Of a stretch of 64,000 nucleotides of DNA, positions 53,702-62,272 are shown one piece after another (position 1 is the stretch's first letter; each line of letters starts with the position of its first letter). This DNA is from a virus (taxonomy: Duplodnaviria; Caudoviricetes). The notes under the pieces were generated by a model that saw only the letters and a program-made list of their open reading frames with translations, was not told where the DNA came from and did not search any database. The position numbers and the translations under genes are program-made. The stretch is taken from IMG/VR virus record IMGVR_UViG_3300032327_000792. One strand, 5' to 3'.

Positions 53702-54487
53702 TTATTGGGTGTGTTTGATTCGAATCAGATCCAGCAATTCTGAGTCAATCTTCGGGGGCAAACTGCCTTGTATCCGGATCAGTATATCGCCTTGCTGACC
53801 TGATCTATGGCGTAGTCCACGTCCTCGTAGTCGCAGCGTGGTTCCGGGCTGACACATGGGCGGAATAGTGAAAACTATTTCGGTGCCCAACACGTCTCTA
53901 ATTCTGGCATTGGTGCCCAAGATCAAATCCCACACCGTGGCAGTGTGTTCTGCTGTCAAATTAAGACCTGACCTAAACCAACGCGGATCAGGATGAATTC
54001 TAAATGAAACAATTAAATCCATACCACCCGGCGCCAGTCCTGGGTACTGTACAGAATCGCCATCATCAATGCCTAGAGGAATTTCAATGTCTACTGCCTG
54101 TGTGCCTGTTTGGGTGCCCACGGATACAGTTCTACGACCGCCCTGTGCTACATCACGCAACTGTATCCATAGGCTCATTCTGGCCTGCTGTGGCCTGCGT
54201 TGTCCTTGTCCAAAGCGTGCACCAAATATGTCAAATATTGTGTCAAAGTCAAAGCCCTGCGGTCCACCGTGTTGTCCAAACGAGCCAAAGTTAGGCTGTG
54301 GATTGTCGTACTGCGCTCGTGCTTGTGGATCGCTCAGTGTGCGGTATGCTTCCTCTATTTCTTGAAACTTCTTTACATCTCCACCCTTGTCCGGATGATG
54401 TTGGCTGGCCAGCTTTCTATAAGCACGTTTGATTTCGTCGGCATCAGCAGAGGTTTTTACACCTAGAGTTTCGTAATGGTTTTTCAT
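53702..54487 (-). CDS. DnaJ-class (CbpA-like) co-chaperone
   Basis: J-domain with HPD, G/F-rich linker, C-terminal domain, no Zn finger. Confidence 0.9.
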   Translation of the reverse strand: MKNHYETLGVKTSADADEIKRAYRKLASQHHPDKGGDVKKFQEIEEAYRTLSDPQARAQYDNPQPNFGSFGQHGGPQGFDFDTIFDIFGARFGQGQRRPQQARMSLWIQLRDVAQGGRRTVSVGTQTGTQAVDIEIPLGIDDGDSVQYPGLAPGGMDLIVSFRIHPDPRWFRSGLNLTAEHTATVWDLILGTNARIRDVLGTEIVFTIPPMCQPGTTLRLRGRGLRHRSGQQGDILIRIQGSLPPKIDSELLDLIRIKHTQ

Positions 54488-54545
54488 TGAATAAAAAAAG
54501 ACAGTATACTTTAATTATACTGTCTTTTCAGGTACATGTCAATAA

Positions 54546-54746
54546 TTACTTTTTGTCAGGAACTTTGGTGCCTTCGTGCTTTTTGTGTATCTTGATTGTT
54601 TTGCATACTTGCACAGGCTTGCCATCTTTGCCTTTTACCACTTGGCCATTGGCATTTTTTTTGTCTTTGCATACTTCTTTTGTGTGTGGTTCTGCAAATG
54701 CAACAGAAGTAAAGGCTACTAATAATACAGCTAATAAATGTTTCAT
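54546..54746 (-). CDS. Small secreted protein (66 aa)
   Basis: Signal peptide MKHLLAVLLVAFTSVAFA; two Cys; Lys-rich. Confidence 0.7.
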   Translation of the reverse strand: MKHLLAVLLVAFTSVAFAEPHTKEVCKDKKNANGQVVKGKDGKPVQVCKTIKIHKKHEGTKVPDKK

Positions 54747-54747
54747 A

Positions 54748-55212
54748 TTATAACTCCGGATGTGGTGGTTGTGCTGGGCCTGGCTTGCCGCCAAAGGTAG
54801 GTGTTGCTGTGAACTGTGAACTATTGCCACCAAAACTTGTTGTTGGTGCTGGTGCACTAAAACTTGGTGCTGGTGTGCTCACAGGTGCAGGTGGTGTATA
54901 TGTGGTTCCTGCGGCAGGCAATCCGCCGTTGTTGGCACCGCCCAGCTTTTCCTGGGTACGTCCATAGGCCGCGATACCCAACACAGCACCCATGGCAATG
55001 TGATACAGTCCTGCACCCTGTAGCGTGATAGGTTGCCATTGTGTTTCGACACGGCCGCCTCCGATAACCTGTACCAAGCTCCATAGGATAGGGAATAACA
55101 CAAAATCTGCTACACAGGTCAGCATGTATGACCAACCCATCATTGGACGCCATTTTGAATTCATCCAATCTTCATTTTTCTTTGCGCTCTCGCTTTTAAC
55201 TGCTTCTGTCAT
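54748..55212 (-). CDS. Holin (GTA 3TM-like family)
   Basis: WRPMMGW, TM helices, MGAVLGIAAYGRTQEK; next to spanin and endolysin genes. Confidence 0.7.
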   Translation of the reverse strand: MTEAVKSESAKKNEDWMNSKWRPMMGWSYMLTCVADFVLFPILWSLVQVIGGGRVETQWQPITLQGAGLYHIAMGAVLGIAAYGRTQEKLGGANNGGLPAAGTTYTPPAPVSTPAPSFSAPAPTTSFGGNSSQFTATPTFGGKPGPAQPPHPEL

Positions 55213-55231
55213 ACTAGCTCCTATTTGTCTG

Positions 55232-55348
55232 TTATTTTTTGGAAATCATTGTTTGAATTTTTGCTTGAATAATTTTAGCCCAAAATGGCTGTGGAAAATT
55301 CCAACCCACAAATGCTCCTACTGCTACCCAAAATAATGTGTCTAACAT
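55232..55348 (-). CDS. Small membrane protein (38 aa)
   Basis: Hand-translated MLDTLFWVAVGAFVGWNFPQPFWAKIIQAKIQTMISKK; AGGAG SD. Confidence 0.65.
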   Translation of the reverse strand: MLDTLFWVAVGAFVGWNFPQPFWAKIIQAKIQTMISKK

Positions 55349-55374
55349 GTCAATGCTCCTTGTTGTTTGTGTTA

Positions 55375-55983
55375 TTATTTAATGCTTTCGAAGATTTTCT
55401 TCTGTGTCTGATACCATTCTTGCCAGCCGCGTAGCTTTTCTGCTGTTTCGTGACAGGTGCCGTAGTTGTCCACTACTGTTTCGAGGAGCTCACTGGCTTT
55501 AACTGTGCTGGGGGTTCCATCAGCGGCGTCGGCGCCTCGGGAAACTTGATTAGCACTGGCACTGTCGTGCAGGCCGACAGCACTGCGAGGCAACACGCAC
55601 TGGCTGTCAATTTGACGACCAGCAGTTTCTTTGATAATTGTTTTGTTGACATACACTGTTTCCTTTATTACTTGAACTTTTTCTCGGGTTTTCTTTTCCA
55701 ATGCTACATTGGCATCTTTACTTTGTTTTTCTGCCACAACCACTCGCTGTTTTAACTCTGTGATCATTTGACGATATTCAATACCGCCATAGAAATAAGC
55801 CGAAATAATCAACACAGCAACACCGGCCAATTCTGCTATCAGTCGGTATTGCCCAACAAATGGCAGAATAGATACCAGTTTACTGGCAATGTACAGCACT
55901 ATGCCTGTTAAAAATAATGCATAGGTAATCCAGACAAATATTGAATCTGGAATTAACTGCAACAGCCATTGTATCTGCCACAT
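55375..55983 (-). CDS. Rz-like spanin
   Basis: N-terminal TM helices, coiled coil, C..P...LHD and NYGTCHETAEKL..WQEW. Confidence 0.65.
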   Translation of the reverse strand: MWQIQWLLQLIPDSIFVWITYALFLTGIVLYIASKLVSILPFVGQYRLIAELAGVAVLIISAYFYGGIEYRQMITELKQRVVVAEKQSKDANVALEKKTREKVQVIKETVYVNKTIIKETAGRQIDSQCVLPRSAVGLHDSASANQVSRGADAADGTPSTVKASELLETVVDNYGTCHETAEKLRGWQEWYQTQKKIFESIK

Positions 55984-55986
55984 CAG

Positions 55987-56601
55987 TTAGGCTCCAAACA
56001 CATGCTTGGCGTGCTCATAATGCTTGATTCTGTCTTCAAGACCAATGTAACCACCGTTGATCTTTTTGGTCATTGTTCTGATATCGTCTGCATCTGCGTA
56101 TTGATTTAGATTGGTGGTTTCCCAAAACCAGCAGGCTGATTGTACAGCACCTTCAAATGTACCCAGGTACTCGCTTACTTCCTCTGCAGTGGATTCAATG
56201 GAGTCGGCAAAACTTTCATAGTTGTTGCGGCCGGTAAGCTGGATAAGGCCTCGGCCACAATACCTAAACCCGTCTCCTGTTTCTTCGGGGCCATTGCCCA
56301 TGCGGCCACCATAAATTCTGTTGGCAATCTTTTCTGGTTTCTTTTCATATTGTTGTGCCAATTCATCTGTGGGGAAATACTTGCTGAACAACTTGCGTAA
56401 GGTTACAGCACGATAATTTAAATTTTCTGTTAGGAATCGAAAGTTACCGGATTCGTGTGCGCATTGTGCTATGAAAGCAGACACACGTTGCGGAGTGTCG
56501 ATGCTGTAGTCGGGTAATATAGCGTTCAATGCTCCACACCATTGTTCTATGTAAGGATTGTTACCAATACATGATTGTAGCTGTTGTTGGGTGATTTCCA
56601 T
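55987..56601 (-). CDS. Glycoside hydrolase family 19 endolysin
   Basis: AFIAQCAHESG, ENLNY, DGFRYCGRGLIQLTGRNNY, INGG. Confidence 0.9.
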   Translation of the reverse strand: MEITQQQLQSCIGNNPYIEQWCGALNAILPDYSIDTPQRVSAFIAQCAHESGNFRFLTENLNYRAVTLRKLFSKYFPTDELAQQYEKKPEKIANRIYGGRMGNGPEETGDGFRYCGRGLIQLTGRNNYESFADSIESTAEEVSEYLGTFEGAVQSACWFWETTNLNQYADADDIRTMTKKINGGYIGLEDRIKHYEHAKHVFGA

Positions 56602-56624
56602 AGTAGTCCTTTAACTACTACTAT

Positions 56625-56888
56625 TTAGTTTCGTCCCCAATTAACTCTACTCCACACACGTTCGTGACACCAATAAATGAATGGCTTTACAATCATTTCT
56701 GTGGCTCCTATGCCTAAGCTCATAATGAAATGTCCTGTGATAGCATAGCTGATGGCAATAGTGGTCAATGTACCGCAACAGCGATAACTGTAGGCTTTGA
56801 CAAGACTGCGTACAGCAGTCTCGCCGTTATTTAAGGCCCAGCTCTTGACGAATTTTTGTAGCACTGATTGAATGTATTGCTTCATCAA
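56625..56888 (-). CDS. DUF2061-like membrane protein
   Basis: ETAVRSLVKAYSYR...YWCHERVW; start uncertain. Confidence 0.65.
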   Translation of the reverse strand: MMKQYIQSVLQKFVKSWALNNGETAVRSLVKAYSYRCCGTLTTIAISYAITGHFIMSLGIGATEMIVKPFIYWCHERVWSRVNWGRN

Positions 56889-57687
56889 ACACTTCCTGTT
56901 CTATTCGATAACCCACATCACGTCCGTAAGTGATATTCACAATGTTGGGCACGACCTGTATTTCATACTGTCCTTGATAGATAGGATCTAGATCTCTGCG
57001 TATGTAACTCTTTACTTGTTCTATAGCAAATGGGTTAGATCCTTGCCACCCTTGACAGTCACGTATTTGTATGACTACCTGTCCTGTCTTGGCAATGGCA
57101 CGTTCAAACAAAGCTCTGTGACCAGCATGCCAAGGTTGCCAGCGGCCCAACATCTGTACAGTTTCTTGTTGCCAATCAAAGGTGGGTCTACGACGATTTT
57201 CTAATATATGCTCGCCCACAAATTCAGCCCATTTTTCTGCATTTTGTTCTGTAATTCGGAAGTCATAGACAGCTGGTTCTACAAACAGTTTGTTGGTATC
57301 TTCAAAACGCCCAGCATCAATAGTGTCCATCCATATGGTCCAGTCTGCTTTGAAGTTGTTGCGCATTTCAACCAAGGGTGCCACAAAGTCACAGATCACA
57401 AATTCTCCCGAACACTCTACTGCAAATTGCAACATACGTAGACTTTGACGAATACGACCTTCGTTTGAGAAATCCCAATCATTGAATTTTCTACGAACAT
57501 CGTCGGCATTGAACCAATTTACTCTTACCTTCATGAAATTGGAGTCTGGAATTCCTTCGTAATTTAGTATTCGTTGAGGGTTGATTTTTTCTAAATCACC
57601 ATTGTCTTCTAGATACTTCTTCAATGCGCCTGCTAGATAGGTTTTTCCTGAACCAGGCAAGCCCATTATCAATATACGTTGTGTCAT
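56827..57687 (-). CDS. Adenylylsulfate-kinase-like P-loop domain fused to a HIGH nucleotidyltransferase domain
   Basis: GLPGSGKT, NADDVR, DFVAP; C-terminal MLGRWQPWHAGH...SATKIR. Confidence 0.75.
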   Translation of the reverse strand: MTQRILIMGLPGSGKTYLAGALKKYLEDNGDLEKINPQRILNYEGIPDSNFMKVRVNWFNADDVRRKFNDWDFSNEGRIRQSLRMLQFAVECSGEFVICDFVAPLVEMRNNFKADWTIWMDTIDAGRFEDTNKLFVEPAVYDFRITEQNAEKWAEFVGEHILENRRRPTFDWQQETVQMLGRWQPWHAGHRALFERAIAKTGQVVIQIRDCQGWQGSNPFAIEQVKSYIRRDLDPIYQGQYEIQVVPNIVNITYGRDVGYRIEQEVFDEAIHSISATKIRQELGLK

Positions 57688-58355
57688 AATACTCCTTTGT
57701 ATTGTTTAATCATATAATTACCAGCAGCAACATGGGCTGCTTCCAGTGGGTGCCATGATGCTGTTTCTGGATAACCATGCATACGACTCCAATCTAGGAA
57801 ACTGAGCCCTTCAAACGTAGTCATATGTGGTTTTACATATTCTTGTAAATCTATCACCGCCGGTGTAGTGTGCCACTGTTGATCAAAAAGTAAATTGTCC
57901 ATGTAGGTCATAATAAACGGAATGTTTTTTTGATTAAGAGTATCAATGGTCAATTTAATATAACTTAAACAAGTAAATTTATCGCGATACTCAGAATGTA
58001 AATCACGATAATATGTTTTAGCTAAAGAATCAGTGTCAACTGGCATAATAGTGCGCCACGGGCTTCGGCTAGGCGTAATTGGATTGGCAGGATAATAATC
58101 AAAACGATCAATCCACGTCCATCCTATAACAAACAAATCAACATTATTGTTGTCAGCAGCCTGATTTAAAATTTGTTCTAGTATTTGTAAATTTCCAGCG
58201 CCTGGTCTGGCATAGCACTGGTAATCTTTATCTAAATATTGAGCTAAATGTGAAGGCCAAGTCAATTGACTAGGCATAGCATATGGACCATCTCTGCCAT
58301 CGTCGGCTAGTTCACTGCCAAAAATAAAGCTACATCCAAAACTTTTTAATCGCAT
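57684..58355 (-). CDS. SGNH/GDSL-like hydrolase family protein
   Basis: FGCSFIFG, WPSHLA, GNLQI, WTWIDRFD, HPLEAAH. Confidence 0.5.
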   Translation of the reverse strand: MRLKSFGCSFIFGSELADDGRDGPYAMPSQLTWPSHLAQYLDKDYQCYARPGAGNLQILEQILNQAADNNNVDLFVIGWTWIDRFDYYPANPITPSRSPWRTIMPVDTDSLAKTYYRDLHSEYRDKFTCLSYIKLTIDTLNQKNIPFIMTYMDNLLFDQQWHTTPAVIDLQEYVKPHMTTFEGLSFLDWSRMHGYPETASWHPLEAAHVAAGNYMIKQYKGVL

Positions 58356-58392
58356 AGGTAATTATATACCTAGTTTATGTCGCTATGGAAAA

Positions 58393-58944
58393 TTAAAGGA
58401 TACCAGCAGCGCTTTGAATTGCTTGAAGTGCTTTGTCTTCGGGATCGTAGATACGCTTAGTGGGTAGACCAGCCACTGAACGCATTTCGTTAAGGTCTTT
58501 TTCGTATCGTTCACGATAAGCTCTAGGAGTTAACGGAACCAACTCATCAAATTCATCGCGAGAGAATGGAACTTCCTTGCCTTTGTAGTGCATGGTCCAG
58601 TCGGCAACATCAAACTCTGTGAGAGTATTTAGGTCACTCAACAGTGTTTCAACATTGCCACCGGCTGTGCTACGTCTGCGTAATTCTACATAGACCAAGT
58701 AGCGGTTGGGCTTTATTTCACCCGGTGATCGATCTGCATCCAGCACAAAGTCGTAGCCTTTTTCAAACCATTGCATCAGATCTTTGGCAGCTTGCGCATT
58801 GCGTAGGAAAAAACTCACCACAATGATATCGTCATCGTCGCCCATTTTTGAACTGAATTCATCCACATGAATAGTAGGCTTGATCAAGCCTTCCATGTCT
58901 TTAAATTCTAGGCTTTCAAATAGTGGGGGTTGGTTGTTGTGCAT
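58393..58944 (-). CDS. Hypothetical phage protein
   Basis: Start reassigned to MHNNQPPLFE. Confidence 0.7.
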   Translation of the reverse strand: MHNNQPPLFESLEFKDMEGLIKPTIHVDEFSSKMGDDDDIIVVSFFLRNAQAAKDLMQWFEKGYDFVLDADRSPGEIKPNRYLVYVELRRRSTAGGNVETLLSDLNTLTEFDVADWTMHYKGKEVPFSRDEFDELVPLTPRAYRERYEKDLNEMRSVAGLPTKRIYDPEDKALQAIQSAAGIL

Positions 58945-59491
58945 TGTTGTCATCTGTTTGATATTCTTGTTTGTCCAGATCCTGCTCATAGGCATCGTCT
59001 AGGTCCTGTAGATTAATGTCTTGATCTTCCAATTCTACTGAGCCTGTGCGTATATCGCTCATCAAGCTCTTGGGCATGGTTATTTCTACCAACCATACTT
59101 TCTTTTCAATGATCTTTGCTTTGTGTGTGCCCGGACGGTAATCCGAAGGATCTTCAATTTTCACAGGCACTTTCATCATGGTTTTTTTGTATTTTACATC
59201 ACAGTCAAACGGTAGCAATCTACGAGCACCACGTGGATCTGGCATCAGTTTCTCAGGCCATAAAAATGTACATGTCACACGATATTTGGAAATCTCTGGC
59301 CCCGCTACCAACTCACCAATTTCCCAGTTGGCAAAAGCATATAGATCAAGTTCATCCAACACACGCTCGTAGTCCAACAAAGTAAGCAAACTGCCCTCAC
59401 TCATGTAGATATTTTTGATGTTGTCAGCCACTTGCCAATAGTCTGAACCGTCTTTGAATATTGGTTGGTCAAATTTTGTTTTGTTGCGCAT
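58916..59491 (-). CDS. Hypothetical late phage protein
   Basis: 191 aa; CATAAATA 5 nt before the ATG. Confidence 0.75.
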   Translation of the reverse strand: MRNKTKFDQPIFKDGSDYWQVADNIKNIYMSEGSLLTLLDYERVLDELDLYAFANWEIGELVAGPEISKYRVTCTFLWPEKLMPDPRGARRLLPFDCDVKYKKTMMKVPVKIEDPSDYRPGTHKAKIIEKKVWLVEITMPKSLMSDIRTGSVELEDQDINLQDLDDAYEQDLDKQEYQTDDNNAQQPTPTI

Positions 59492-59677
59492 GTAGTTATT
59501 TATGGTTTTGGTATTACCGTAGCTGTTTTAGAAGTTGGATTAGTTGACATCCAAGTCTAATACTTAGTCCACAGATTTACAATATCTACACCCATAAAAC
59601 TTTTTAAAATAGTACCTAAATATGTTATCAACTGTAATCCCTGCAGTTGATTACACTTAACTACAACGGAGTTCACT

Positions 59678-60418
59678 TTGAGTAGACAGAGAGCAGCAAA
59701 AGCACAACGTCGTAACAACACTATGACAAACCAAGAAAATACCATAAGATTTGATCAGGTCAAACCAATAAAGCAAAAGCCCATTGATATCGTGCCACGC
59801 ACAAGGAATCAAGAGCGTTTGGTATTGGCTTTGCAATCCGAAGATCAGTCTATAGTGGTCACAGCCGGGCCAGCAGGAACAGGAAAAACATATTTGGCTA
59901 TGCTGGCCGCAGTAAAAGCCTTTAGACAAGGCGATTGCAAACGTATTGTGTTAACTCGCCCAGCAGTGGGTGTTGAAGATGAAAAGCATGGATTTTTACC
60001 CGGCGACTTAAATGCCAAGATGGATCCATGGGTTCGGCCATTGACAGATATCTTGCGTGAGTATTACAGACAACAGGATATTGCCGAAATGATGGAAGAA
60101 CAAACTATAGAAATTGCTCCCTTGGCATTTATGCGTGGACGTACTTTCAAAGATAGTTTTATCATTGCTGACGAGATGCAGAACGCAACTCCCAATCAAG
60201 TAAAAATGCTGATGACCCGTATCGGCGAAGGCTCAAAAATAGTAATCACGGGCGACGTAGAACAGGCCGATCGTAATCGCGGCAACAATGGTTTGATGGA
60301 CCTTTGTTCACGATTAGAGAAAGGAGGTGTAAAGGGTATAGCTGTGTGTCATTTAGACAATCGAGACATTCAGCGACATAGAATCATTGATTCTGTGTTA
60401 CACCTTTACGCCGACTGA
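59678..60418 (+). CDS. phoH: PhoH-like ATPase
   Basis: GPAGTGKT, TRPAV, GFLPG, AFMRGRTF, DEMQN, GDVEQAD. Confidence 0.93.
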   Translation: MSRQRAAKAQRRNNTMTNQENTIRFDQVKPIKQKPIDIVPRTRNQERLVLALQSEDQSIVVTAGPAGTGKTYLAMLAAVKAFRQGDCKRIVLTRPAVGVEDEKHGFLPGDLNAKMDPWVRPLTDILREYYRQQDIAEMMEEQTIEIAPLAFMRGRTFKDSFIIADEMQNATPNQVKMLMTRIGEGSKIVITGDVEQADRNRGNNGLMDLCSRLEKGGVKGIAVCHLDNRDIQRHRIIDSVLHLYAD

Positions 60419-61017
60419 GAAGAAATTAATTCGTAGATTTCTTTCCAGTTTTTGACAATTTGGATGCCTTCGTGGTAGTAGTGCATGTTATGACCGTGCT
60501 CTATCAGAAGGCATTTCAGTCCTGCGTGGTATCCAGCTTCGGCATTTTCCGGCTTGTCTTCGATCCACCAGCAACCAGTGCCTTCGTATTCTTCCAAGGC
60601 TTCATCTTTGTGAGCACCCGTGTCCAAACACACAATTCGTTCAAACGCAGTGGGTCCAAACAACTTGTGCAAGTTCATCTCACGTAGCTTTTGAGCATTG
60701 GGATCCAAACTCAAACTGGTGATAGCATGAAAACGGAATCCTAGTTCTTCATGTAGACGTTTGATGTAAAACATGGCATCACGTTGTGCTGGCAAGAATC
60801 CAATTGCTGCCGATTCGTTGAAAATTTTGATCAGTTTTCGAACTTGTTCTTTGGGAATATTGTAGCGTATGCTCATATCGTAGTTGAGTTTGCTACCTTC
60901 TACTTCGGTAAATCCGTGTTCTTGCATCCAGATAGTGAACGCATATTCCCAATCCAAACAAACTCCGTCACAGTCTGTGAGGATCAGTCGATCTAGATTT
61001 TTGAATTTTTTACGCAT
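60406..61017 (-). CDS. HAD-family phosphatase (5'-deoxyribonucleotidase-like)
   Basis: LTDCDGV motif I, K..WIEDKPEN motif IV. Confidence 0.8.
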   Translation of the reverse strand: MRKKFKNLDRLILTDCDGVCLDWEYAFTIWMQEHGFTEVEGSKLNYDMSIRYNIPKEQVRKLIKIFNESAAIGFLPAQRDAMFYIKRLHEELGFRFHAITSLSLDPNAQKLREMNLHKLFGPTAFERIVCLDTGAHKDEALEEYEGTGCWWIEDKPENAEAGYHAGLKCLLIEHGHNMHYYHEGIQIVKNWKEIYELISSQSA

Positions 61018-61048
61018 CTTGCTCCTGCTGTTTTATTTTGATACTACT

Positions 61049-61077
61049 ATTATAGCAGATCAGAAGTTTCTGGTCAA
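61049..61077 (-). promoter_or_regulatory. sigma70 promoter
   Basis: TTGACC-N17-TATAAT with extended -10 TG. Confidence 0.75.
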
Positions 61078-61985
61078 CCGGGACAATTAAACTGGCATCC
61101 GTGTTCGGGTGCAGTAAGTATGGAATCATAAAATTGTATAGTCTTCTGCTGGGACAATACTTCAGTGATAGTGGTATTTTTTATATTATAGTCGGACCGA
61201 TTTTTACCAAAATGTGATTTATAATAAAAATTATAATCGGTTATTCTGCAACAACCACTGTAGTATCCACCGGCAGAAATATAATGACTTTTATTGTTGT
61301 AACATTCGGGATTAACTGTAAAATTTTTACTTGATGCTGTTTTCCAGTCCGCCTGCGGCTGATATGTATTTCTTAGATATTGAGGATCTGTAATTTTTAA
61401 ATGTGATAAAGTATCTTGGTCAAATCTATTGCTAGGTTTCACAACAAATCGGTCAACTTTCATTTGTTCGGCCAATAACCGAGTTTTTTCCATAGAATCA
61501 ACATTGTATCCAAAAGGTATATATTTCCACTCAGTTTGACATGGCGATTCCACACATGCTTTTATACCTACTTCGATAGATTCCCAATCTCCGTTGACTC
61601 GATATTGAGTAAAATTTTCTGGGGATCCATCAATACTAAATTGCACAATATCTTGATCGGACAACAAACTACATAATTCTTTCCACCAACTATCTTTTTT
61701 GTAACTTCCGTTGGTCACAATACAAAGCACCGCACCTTTTTCTTTGAGTTTTGCAACAAAATCAATAAACTCCGGATGATAGATTGGATCTCCATAGTTG
61801 CCGCAAAGAAGTATTGGAACTCGGGCAAGATCAATGTCTAAGAATTTTAATAGATCATCAATATCCAGGGATTGATTTTTCCAGTGATCTGGCCATTGGT
61901 TTAAAAATTTTGTTCGACTGCACTCAGAACATTTTAATGTGCAGATATTGGTAGGTTCAATATGAAACCCTTGGGGTAAAATCAT
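61074..61985 (-). CDS. Radical SAM protein with C-terminal Cys (SPASM-like) domain
   Basis: CTLKCSEC CxxxCxxC, GNYGDP, TNGS, SIDG; C-terminal Cys residues. Confidence 0.85.
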   Translation of the reverse strand: MILPQGFHIEPTNICTLKCSECSRTKFLNQWPDHWKNQSLDIDDLLKFLDIDLARVPILLCGNYGDPIYHPEFIDFVAKLKEKGAVLCIVTNGSYKKDSWWKELCSLLSDQDIVQFSIDGSPENFTQYRVNGDWESIEVGIKACVESPCQTEWKYIPFGYNVDSMEKTRLLAEQMKVDRFVVKPSNRFDQDTLSHLKITDPQYLRNTYQPQADWKTASSKNFTVNPECYNNKSHYISAGGYYSGCCRITDYNFYYKSHFGKNRSDYNIKNTTITEVLSQQKTIQFYDSILTAPEHGCQFNCPG

Positions 61986-62272
61986 TTGACTTTGTTAATT
62001 TCTTCCCCATTGATATTCAACGGATGTCCATTTTCTTCAAACAGGCGTTCAATGGTATGAGCATAGTGTTGGTAATAATAAGCAACAATTCGGTCCCAAT
62101 CCTTGGGCACTTGTGCATCGCCCATGCTGGCCAATATCACTTGTTGATCCTTAAAGTCCAAGATCACATTGGCTGTTTGTAGATCACGGCGTTTAAGATT
62201 TTTACTCACAGCCATGACTTCGTCAATTTGGCCAGTAGGTTTACGATAGTAAGTTAAAATTAAATATCTCAT
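61982..62272 (-). CDS. Hypothetical protein
   Basis: 96-aa ORF with ATGA overlaps. Confidence 0.7.
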   Translation of the reverse strand: MRYLILTYYRKPTGQIDEVMAVSKNLKRRDLQTANVILDFKDQQVILASMGDAQVPKDWDRIVAYYYQHYAHTIERLFEENGHPLNINGEEINKVK

